Of a stretch of 64,000 bases of DNA, positions 53,273 to 64,000 are shown in pieces. The first letter of the stretch is position 1. Each line of letters opens with the position of its first letter. A model generated the notes under the pieces. The model was not told the DNA's origin, ran no database searches, and saw only the letters and a list, made by a program, of their open reading frames with translations. Source of the stretch: Mytilus trossulus. Its lineage: Eukaryota. Position numbers and translations under genes: made by a program. The DNA lies in assembly GCF_036588685.1 (NCBI RefSeq), contig NC_086386.1:64914001-64978000 (forward strand), read 5' to 3'.

Positions 53273-56200
53273 CAGTGATCCTGTAGTTAAGTGTATGGCA
53301 GCTATTGGCTGACAACCTATGTGATAAAACCATGGCATTCTCAAGGTCTTCCTTCCTCAACAGTCTTACCATAAATGTGTCCTGGAGGGAGATCAGGTGC
53401 CCTGTTGTCAGATCGGAGAGGACAGTTTTTATTCAGTTCTATAAACCCTTTTTAGTTTGTTTATTTTGTTTTATAAGAATTAAAACATTTGGTCTCATAT
53501 TGTAGAAAGTTGAATGTTTGTAGTTAAATTATGTTTATTTTCTTAATGATATCTGAAATGATCATTTGTAAAGTATTTTTGGTACCTTTTTCTTTGACCA
53601 TGACTATCCTTTTAACTTCAGATTAAATTTGAGATAAGGAGTATTTTAGCCACATATTTCATACATTCCTCCAAAGTTTTTGTTGTTCAACATGTTATGC
53701 TTACTACATTTGAAAGTTTAGTTTTTGAGATAACACAATTTTATGGTTTAAGCCTTAAAGTGCTAAGTTGTTCTTCCATTGCAAAGTTCAGTTATAAGAT
53801 TCCAGTTTAATAAAAATGGCCACTGTTACACTGTCATGCAGAATTATTTGCTAAATAATTTTAAGCAAAATTTAAATCTTTCTGTTTCCATGGCATTTCC
53901 AAAATCTCAGTTTGTTTATAGATCTCAGTTGACTTTGAAGTACTTAACAAAGGAGCATGACAAGAAAAGTGCATTCCACAGGAAACATTCATGTCACTAC
54001 GGCAATAAAAGTTGTTGTTACTACAGCAATATAACTTGACCATGGTTATTACTAGTCATAAGTGATTGTTTACAAGATACAACAAACAGGATTCTAGTGT
54101 CTTTTATCAAGTTGTGTAATTTTATGTAATTAATGAAGAACAATGCCAAAGTTGTTTTGTGTATATTATTAGAGAGTGCTATCAGGGGGGATAATCAAGG
54201 CATGATGGTTGGTTGTGAGCCATTGTGATAGAATGGGGACAAAGGGTAATTCTTCTGTATTGTCCTATTCTTGTAGAAGTTAAAATGAATGTACAAATAA
54301 AGGAATACTGAAAGTTTTATATTTATAATGATGTCAGCTAAACCAGATATTATCAGTTGGGTACTGAAATTTCCATAGTCTTATGTGCATATTAAAATCA
54401 GTTAAAATTTTGACAGCTGTCATTATTAAACTAAATTTTCAACTTCTACAAAATCAAAATTATGAATGATTCAAATACATTTTTTTTTCCTGAAGTCTTT
54501 TATCACATGAACTCTAAAAATCTAGCTTTGTGTTAATCATGCACATTCAAAAACTATCTTGGTTGTGAATTTTAATTGTTTATAATAAAAATGACTTGTT
54601 TAATATGGAATGACAATCTGGTTTCTTAAGCTGCCATTAATATTAAATGTTTTGTTTGTTATTTGGTCAGAATCTAGAGAATTATGGGTATTTTTATTGT
54701 AAGTACACCAAAATTAGAATACAGTTACATCATTGGTTTGATTAGGTGTATGAATAATATAACTCTGAATCAATCCAATTCTCAATCAATTAAGATTATA
54801 CGTCAGGTGCAAGAAGAATTTCCCTTTGTTTTTTTGTAAAAGCCGGTGGTGTTTGCCGAAATATGTCAAAAAACTATATTTATTGTTTCAATATTTATAT
54901 ATTTATTAAAAATTTTGTATATAGACTTAGTTTATGCATTATTTAAGAATTGTGTATTTTGTTCCACATTTGTATGTTAGACCTGTTCATATAGTAGTGA
55001 TTTTGAAACATGTGGTTCATTTTTGCAAAAATCAGTAAAATTTATAAAAAGGGTACTTTAAAATTTTGTCAAATGATATTCCTATTATTAATCTTGATAA
55101 ATAAGTCAATTGATTCCATGTTAAAATACCCAATAAACAAAATACAAGATTTAATCCATTTGAAAATTCTAGTCTGTTTTAATTAGATGCTGTAAATTCA
55201 CATTTTTTTAAAACATTCTATGATTTAAAAAAAAAGACTTTTTTCAAGTTTTTAAGAACTAAAATTCAAGATATGTTTAAAAAATTAAAAGTCCATGATG
55301 ACTGGATAATGTCTATAAAAAACATTTTTTTTCATTGCATAATCTCTTCTTTTTTTTGCACTTAATTAATGCTGTCTAGCAACACGGCACAGATGGATAA
55401 ATGTCTGGTAGACAACACCATCTACATGTTAAAATATGCCATCTGGTTGATCCTTCTGTACTTACTATAGACTTTTGGCACTTTTGGTATAATCAAATTT
55501 TAATTTATTTCTTCAGATAATGAAATACTAATGATAAACCATTGACATGTGGTATGCATTCTCATATTTTGAAATTGTGTTCTTACATTGATTTTACCTT
55601 CTTGCTCTCGGTCAAACACTTAGGGTCTCTTGGTTATTTTTGATTAAATATTCTATATATATTTTCTAAAGATTTAAATAACAGAAATACAGAAACCTGT
55701 TTTGTTATGTTAGTGTTTGCAAACATTATTTGCAGATAACCAGATATTTATTTTTGTTGAAGTTTAATTAATCAAAACCATTAGGTAGTACTGAGAATAA
55801 TAGAGGAATATCTAAGGTCTGCCTTAGAAAGTTAAAACCCCATAGTTGTTAGCCAAAAATACAAGTTAAAGGGAAGGGGGAAGTCATTCTACCTGTTATA
55901 ATAAAATACTCTCCAAAAGGAGGAGAAACTTTTGACAATACCCACTCCTGTTATGTATAGATCAACATTCTTATATACTGTAAACCAACTTATTTTGGTG
56001 AGCAATTTATTGTCTTGACTTTATTCATTGGGAAAATTAACAACGCCAATATAAATGAGCTTGAATATTTTCTAACTAAAATACAGTAAAAATTATGGAA
56101 ATAAATTGAAGCAAAGTCCACTAGAATGGCTAAATTTGAAATTGAATGTGAAAAAATATCTAGGTTTTAAGTATCGGTATTCTGAATTAATTGTGACTTT

Positions 56201-59200
56201 TGAAACATCAGCCGATGCTTTTTATTTACACAAACTATCGTTAAACAAGCTGTTTGTCTCGTTATAAAATCAACAGTATATTGTATGTTATGACGAAAAA
56301 AATTATCAAATAGGAAAAACAATGAAGTTTGAAATAAATAGATGAATAGTTTATTTATTTTGATCTCTGAAGTAATATAATATATATATATATCATATTT
56401 ATAGTAATTTATTTTTGAATGGAAATCAAATTGTGAAAATGCCAAAAAGTGGACATAATTGACATATTGTTTATCATTTGTGTATCTATTATTATTACCA
56501 TTGATCACATTCATCTTCTCACGTCTGCAGTCAAATGATTTAAAGATCATGACCTCATCTTCATTCCATGCATCACTGGGTTAATATCTAGAAAATCACA
56601 ATAAGTACATAGGTTTAATATTTTATGCAATGCAATATTTTTAAGATAAATTTTTGACACTAACTGCTTTTCTAAAAGATTTGGTGTGACAAGATATTTG
56701 ATATGTAAAATGCAAAACAAAACTTTCCTTAGTTTTTGATAGTTGTGAAATCTTATTAATTTTTTCCCCAAAGGAATTGATTTTTTTTTATCTTTTCATG
56801 AAGACAACAATTTGATAGCAATAAAGCATTTGATATATGCAAGGGATTCCATTGGCTTAGATTTAAATCATTTGTTACTGCAAACGATTGGTTGTTATGG
56901 AATCTGAAGGATCATGGGTATTATCATTGAATAATCCAATGCATTCAATGTTGGTTGATAGGTATAATCATGGTTTAATAAGTGTAGACATATCATTTTA
57001 CCCAGAATCCTTTACAATTTGTAGCAACAAATCTGATGAAGATATTTTAGATAAGGGTAATTGGGTCTCATTGTCATTTGCCTTAGTGATGCAACAATTT
57101 GTATGTGAAGTGCTTTAAATTTACAATTGCCATTATTGTTTGTAATTGTATACTTATAACAATACTCTGTTTAAAACTAAAATGTTTATCTAAAGATACC
57201 ATGGCTTACAGACAGTCAACTATTCTGCCCCACCCCTAATAAAAGTTGACAGGAAGCTTCAATTATAAACTCCATAGACCTATCCCCTATACATTGTTTC
57301 TCAGACAGAAGTCGTCAGTTTTACAGTTACTAAATTAAAAGAGGTCAGCTTTTCAAGTTTCTAGTGATGGATATCCCAATAGGATAAAAATTTAGCAAAA
57401 GATCATTACATATATTTTCTTTTTATTAATTTGCACATTTTACAAATATATCAAAAATGATTAACATATAAATGAGTATAAATCTTAATTGATATGTTAA
57501 ACAACCTGTAAAAGTAGGCACTCAATACTGTGTAAACAGATATGATAAATTGATAAATTTTATATGACAAACAAAGACTTGTAATGAAATGTAAAGATGA
57601 AAAGGAGAGGTTTTTCTGAAGAGTGAAAAAACTGACCTCCTTGTTATTATTGGATTGATCTTTAAAAGGGGGGTCTAAATTTCTTAAAAAAGATATTTGC
57701 AGGCTTCCATGGACATTTGAAGAGTTGACAGCTGGCTGCACCTGATTTTGTACAACCCCTTGCTTTTCTATGCAACAACATATAACTGACATCAGTGCTA
57801 TATATGTTGACCCTCAATAGATTACCAGTGTGCTATTTAATTTTGTTTCATATGAACAATATAAGTTTGTAAATATGGTGCTAGGACATAGTGTGCTAAA
57901 CAGGGATACAATGGTTAATACCTTACAGTGACGTCTTGATTCAAAGTCTGGTTAACACTTTATCATTCTTTAATAATGACTGGTTAACAATTTATCACTC
58001 TTTAATAATGACTGGTTTGTAGAACTTAGTGGTTAAATATAGCTTGTGAAAAAAGGTTATTAGAGTATCTGGAAAGATTTTCAAATTAACCAGCAACAAT
58101 AGTGACTTGTCAAAAAATTCATCATGTTGAATGTGGGTAGTACTTGGACAAAGACAATATACAGATTTTCAAACCACTCATACGTATAACAGAATATTTA
58201 CAAACATTAGTAACTGGCTGTTTTGGCATTTAATTCTACTATAATAGCTCAAATTGCAAGTTTTATTGAAATTTTCATGCTCATTTGTATTTTTCTCATA
58301 ATTTATTTTTTTGTTGGAAGAAGTTGAGATTTTTAAGCTCATAGTAATCAGATATGGGAATTATTTAGTTCAATGAAATTATTGGAAATTAATTGATGGT
58401 TACAATTTATTAAGTTATTTATTTCCAAGCTATATTTGATCAAGTTATTAGATCCTTGAAGTTTTTTAAAATATTAAAAAGTTGTGCAAATCCAGTCACA
58501 TCTCAGTAGCCTAGATCTCTTGTATTGTTAGTTGTAATGTTTTTTCATACATAAAACTGGGCAATAAAGTAGAAAACCTTCCTGTTAGATAGACAAATAG
58601 AATGTGAGACTAGGCACGATTTCTTGATGAATTTCAAGTCTTATTTTATAAATATTTGGCTGTTTATAAAGGGGGAAAAACGTTTGAGATGTCCCCAAGT
58701 GTAAATTTGTAGAAAAGATTTGCTTAAGTTAAATGTACATTGTTTGTAAGGCTATTTATATCATTCCAGTTTCTGTGATCTGTTTTGTTAAAACTGGATC
58801 TCCTAATTTGCACATGTGGAAGGTAACCAGTTTAAATCAAGTGAGGTAACCATGGATTCATTTATGAGAATTTCATATAAAAAACAGTAATCAAAATTAT
58901 CTCCCTTTGGTGTTCCTTTGTCATTTCATGCTTTTAATTCTTTATCAATACATTAAATGCATGATTAATGTCAGGGATCTATACTGTTTCAGCTCCACCC
59001 ATCAAATCTATTCTTGTTAATGCAAAAATCTCTTGTATTAATTGTTTTCCATTGATTTGAACCATGGTTGCCTTGGTAATTATTTTTCTGTGTTCAAAAG
59101 TATTTATTGATATTGCGTAAATATGAAATGTACGAGAACCATGTGCAATGATACTGAAGATTCTATATTTGACAAAAATATGCATTATTATTATTTTGTT

Positions 59201-59571
59201 TTCATCACCATGACAACGGTTGTGTTGATGCTTAATTGTTTGTTTGCCATTGGTTAAGACCACATTAAATTAGTTCTACAATTGATAAGCATTGTATTCA
59301 TACAAATTATATATCAAATGTGCTCATTATTTTTGTAAATTTTGCAACAAGTTACAAAGTACAAAGTTGAGTATATAAACCAATTTGTAAAATTCATTGA
59401 ATTTTAAGAATTTATTTGTATTGGTCAATACAATATAGGCCAAATTATATACTTCATGTTCATTATTAAATGACACAAATGTGATTTTGTACTTTTTTTT
59501 ATTTATTAAAAGCCTTGTACATCATCAGGGATATCGTCTGCAGAACTTTAAAATAAATCATAGTTTGAACA

Positions 59572-60789
59572 ATTCCTTTCACGAATTTGGCTATGCTTTT
59601 TGGACCTTTTGGATTGTAGCTCTTCATCTTTTGTATATGCTTTGGATTTCAAGTGTTTTGGCCACGGGCATCACTGGGGAGACGTGTATTGTCGAGGTGC
59701 GCATCTGGTGCAGGAAAATTGGTGCCGTTGATTTGATTACTACCACTGGGTCGATGCCTCTGCTGGTGGACTATTAGTCCCAGAGGGTATCACCAGCCCA
59801 GTAGCCAGTACTTCGGTACTGGCATGAAAATACGGATTTTTTGTGTTATATAAATTTGCTGTTAACAAATCTTAGAAATTATTATAAATTAAGGAATGTA
59901 TCTCCCTCATGCAAAGCTCTGATTCCTTTCACGAATTTGGCTATGCTTTTTGGACCTTTTGGATTGTAGCTCTTCATCTTTTGTATATGCTTTGGATTTC
60001 AAGTGTTTTGGCCACGGGCATCACTGGGGAGACGTGTATTGTCGAGGTGCGCATCTGGTGCAGGAATATTGGTGCCGTTGATTTGATTACTACCACTGGG
60101 TCGATGCCTCTGCTGGTGGACTATTAGTCCCCGAGGGTATCACCAGCCCAGTAGCCAGTACTTCGGTACTGGCATGAAAATATGGATTTTTTGTGTTATT
60201 AAAATTTGCTGTTAACAAATCTTAGAAATTATTATAAATTAAGGAATGTATCTCCCTCATGCAAAGCTCTGATTCCTTTCACGAATTTGGCTATGCTTTT
60301 TGGACCTTTTGGATTGTAGCTCTTCATCTTTTGTATATGCTTTGGATTTCAAGTGTTTTGGCCACGGGCATCACTGGGGAGACGTGTATTGTCGAGGTGC
60401 GCATCTGGTGCAGGAAAATTGGTGCCGTTGATTTGATTACTACCACTGGGTCGATGCCTCTGCTGGTGGACTATTAGTCCCCGAGGGTATCACCAGCCCA
60501 GTAGCCAGTACTTCGGTACTGGCATGAAAATACGGATTTTTTGTGTTATTAAAATTTGCTGTTAACAAATCTTAGAAATTATTATAAATTAAGGAATGTA
60601 TCTCCCTCATGCAAAGCTCTGATTCCTTTCACGAATTTGGCTATGCTTTTTGGACCTTTTGGATTGTAGCTCTTCATCTTTTGTATATGCTTTGGATTTC
60701 AAGTGTTTTGGCCACGGGCATCACTGGGGAGACGTGTATTGTCGAGGTGCGCATCTGGTGCAGGAAAATTGGTGCCGTTGATTTGATTA
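59572..60789 (+). mobile_element. Non-LTR retrozyme array: 350-bp unit x ~3.5, one hammerhead per unit
   Basis: Exact 350-bp period. Each unit has a minimal type I hammerhead fold and a structured 3' half, including the cUUCGg hairpin gccagtac-ttcg-gtactggc (59804-59823). Tandem hammerhead-bearing units of this size are the known architecture of animal non-LTR retrozymes. Confidence 0.85.
59668..59711 (+). ncRNA. Type I hammerhead ribozyme with A-to-G mutated core (identical copies at 60018-60061, 60368-60411, 60718-60761)
   Basis: Helix I gcatca/tggtgc, core ctgggga, helix II gac/gtc, gagg, palindromic helix III tgcgca, and an AUC cleavage triplet ending at 59705. Confidence 0.85.
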
Positions 60790-61208
60790 AGTTTAGCTAA
60801 AATATCCTCATGAGGGAGGAGTGATTAAACCCATGGAATTATTGTCACATTTTCAGAGCTTCATGAAATTTGGTATAAAGCTGTATGTGAGAAAATTGAG
60901 AATGGGAATGTGTCAAAGAGACAACCCTACCTACATGTAAGAGCAGAAAACAGCTCATGCCACTTATGGGTCTCCAACACAGCGAGAGTATCCTGCACTT
61001 GAAGGCAGGCTTTTATCTTGCCCCTAACACGAATGTACTAGTTCAGTGAAATGGATGTCCGATCAAACTCCGAAACATATAAATGAACTAAATATTTTAA
61101 AAACATATAAATGAACTAAACTTTTTAAAAACATACAAGACTTACAAAGACTTAAGAGGCGCCAGACTAAGGACAGGTGCAAAAATGGGGCATGGTTAAA
61201 CATATTAA

Positions 61209-61807
61209 GGTAGGTACATGGAATTCCCGCGTATACCGTCATCTTGGATTGTATAATCACGTAAAAAATCGGTCTAGTTATTTGACTAAATCTGCAAATT
61301 TGGAGACAGATTTGCAATTTAAAGGTTCGACTGTTTGATAATATAAAGAAAAGTTGGTAATTTATTTTATAATTCAAAATATTTGAACAAATATATTTGT
61401 TTTTGCATTTAGAATCATTTTTTTCAAATGAGTCATTTAAGGGAAGATAACTCTTTTAGTACAAAATTTACACTAGACTGATAGGGAATTTTTTTCTTTT
61501 TACTTGTAACAAGAAAACAAGTTCGGTGACACCATTTTTTCTTTTTATTTTCTTAAACTATAGTACAAAACCTATCTTTTCACAATTTATTTAAAAATTC
61601 TATCTCATAGATTTTTTTTATGCACACAAACGTGTTTTTCCATTAACAATCTAACCAAATTTAGACAATTTTCAATGACGCATAGCTTGAAAAATAGCAC
61701 GGTGACCCATACTTTTTATTACATTTCTGAAAAGAGAATACTAAAATCTTCATTTTGGCTAAGTATAAGAAAATTCTGTCTCAAAAAATATTTACTTATG
61801 ATCTACC
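61209..61807. mobile_element. Non-autonomous Kolobok-like element
   Basis: ttaa|ggtaggtacat ... tatgatctacc|ttaa; short imperfect TIR, TTAA TSD. Confidence 0.6.
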
Positions 61808-62450
61808 TTAAGTGAGATCTCAACCCTCTCCCTATACCTCTAGGCAATAGACAAACACACAGCAATATGCAATTCAGTTTTGAAGATGTCTGATGTTAAA
61901 ATACTAAGCAAAATGACAATGAATCATTATGATAAATAAATATACAAAGGACTATCAGAGGTTACTGACATGCCAGCTCTAGATACCAGTATCAATTTAA
62001 CAGACTGAGAGATTGTCTTACTCATATGAAAATCAAGCACTATACCTCCTGTTGGGTATATATATGTGAAGAACATAAGCTGTATCATGTTAACAACTGG
62101 TTTTAGAATAAATCTTTTATTTTCCATACAAAAACCTTATGAGTGAATCAATATTAATTCCAAAATACTTTGAACTAGAAACAGGAGAAATGGACATGTA
62201 CATCATCGTCCAACAGCACTTGTTGTCATAAGGCTGTGTTCACTTTGAGCTTCACTCAGGGAATATAAAAGCAAAAGTATCAGGCATGAAAATCATTGTT
62301 TCAAAATCAATACCATACAAAACCCTTTGACTAAAAGGAAAGGAGTAGGTCCAGTAAGACCACTTTTTGGCCCCAAAATATAGCAGTTTTACAGAATTGT
62401 TAAAAAGTACTTTTAGTTATTTATTGGAAAGAAGAATGATTCTTCTACAT

Positions 62451-64000
62451 AAACATGAGCAAGAGTAACGGACATGTAACAAAACTGACTGTATGACTAA
62501 GGATGTGTTCACTGTGTGCTTAACTCAATAGAAACATGAGCAAGAGTAACAGACATGTAACAAAACTGACTGTTTAACTAAGGCTGTGTTCACTTTATGC
62601 TTAACTCAATAGAAATATGAGCAGGAGTAACAGACATGTAACAAAACTGACTGTTTGACTAAGGCTGTGTTCACTTTATGCTTAACTCAATAGAAATGTG
62701 AGCAAGAGTAACAGACATGTAACAAAACTGACTGTATGACTAAGGCTGTGTTCACTTTATGCTTAACTCAATAGAAACATGAGCAAGAGTAACAGACATG
62801 TAACAAAACTGACTGTTTGACTAAGGCTGTGTTCACTTTATGCTTAACTCAATAGAAACATGAGCAAGAGTAACAGACATGTAACAAAACTGACTGTTTG
62901 ACTAAGGCTGTGTTCACTTTATGCTTAACTCAATAGAAATGTGAGCAAGAGTAACAGACATGTAACAAAACTGACTGTATGACTAAGGCTGTGTTCACTG
63001 TGTGCTTAACTCAATAGAAACATGAGCAAGAGTAACAGACATGTAACAAAACTGACTGTTTAACTAAGGCTGTGTTCACTTTATGCTTAACTCAATAGAA
63101 ATGTGAGCAAGAGTAACGGACATGTAACAAAACTGACTGTATGACTAAGGCTGTGTTCACTGTGTGCTTAACTCAATAGAAACATGAGCAAGAGTAACAG
63201 ACATGTAACAAAACTGACTGTTTAACTAAGGCTGTGTTCACTTTATGCTTAACTCAATAGAAATATGAGCAGGAGTAACAGACATGTAACAAAACTGACT
63301 GTTTGACTAAGGCTGTGTTCACTTTATGCTTAACTCAATAGAAATGTGAGCAAGAGTAACAGACATGTAACAAAACTGACTGTATGACTAAGGCTGTGTT
63401 CACTTTATGCTTAACTCAATAGAAATGTGAGCAAGAGTAACAGACATGTAACAAAACTGACTGTATGACTAAGGCTGTGTTCACTTTATGCTTAACTCAA
63501 TAGAAACATGAGCAAGAGTAACAGACATGTAACAAAACTGACTGTTTGACTAAGGCTGTGTTCACTTTATGCTTAACTCAATAGAAATGTGAGCAAGAGT
63601 AACAGACATGTAACAAAACTGACTGTATGACTAAGGCTGTGTTCACTGTGTGCTTAACTCAATAGAAACATGAGCAAGAGTAACAGACATGTAACAAAAC
63701 TGACTGTTTAACTAAGGCTGTGTTCACTTTATGCTTAACTCAATAGAAATATGAGCAGGAGTAACGGACATAAAACAAAACTGACTTTTTGACTAAGGCT
63801 GTGTTCACTGTGTGCTTAACTCAATAGAAATATGAGCAAGAGTAACAGACATGTAACAAAACTGACTGTTTGACTAAGGCTGTGTTCACTGTGTGCTTAA
63901 CTTAATAGAAATATTAGGAAAAGTAACAGAGATGTATCAAAACTGACTGTTTAACTGAGGCTGTGTACATTTTGTGCTTAACTCGATAGAAGAATGGGCA
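62451..64000. repeat. 81-bp tandem repeat, ~19 copies, reaching the window end
   Basis: Unit aaacatgagcaagagtaacagacatgtaacaaaactgactgtttgactaaggctgtgttcactttatgcttaactcaatag; the terminal copies are degenerate. Confidence 0.97.

Noticed and set aside
53273-59500. AFF 3' UTR end and poly(A) signal
   Set aside because: Many AATAAA hexamers in AT-rich DNA; none can be singled out without transcript data.

Overview
AT-rich, intron-rich animal genomic DNA. The repeat families look like those of a bivalve, probably Mytilus (inferred from memory of those families, not searched). The window holds the 3' part of one + strand gene of the AF4/FMR2 family (AFF4/lilliputian, the super elongation complex scaffold). 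I reconstructed 16 GT-AG exons from 2249 to 53272 with consistent phases: 2865 nt, 954 aa plus stop, with the 5' exons outside the window. Introns and flanks carry non-autonomous Helitron, Helentron/HINE, Kolobok-like, Harbinger-like, Tc1/mariner-like and hAT-like elements, SINE fragments and several minisatellites. The most notable feature is a 350-bp x ~3.5 tandem array (59572-60789) with the architecture of a non-LTR retrozyme, i.e. one minimal type I hammerhead ribozyme per unit. In all four copies the catalytic core carries the same A-to-G changes (CUGANGA->CUGGGGA, GAAA->GAGG), and a solitary in-window relative keeps A at those sites. This suggests an ADAR-hyperedited circular RNA was reverse-transcribed by rolling circle into the genome. 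A second theme is repeated local duplication of AFF exon edges and splice sites.
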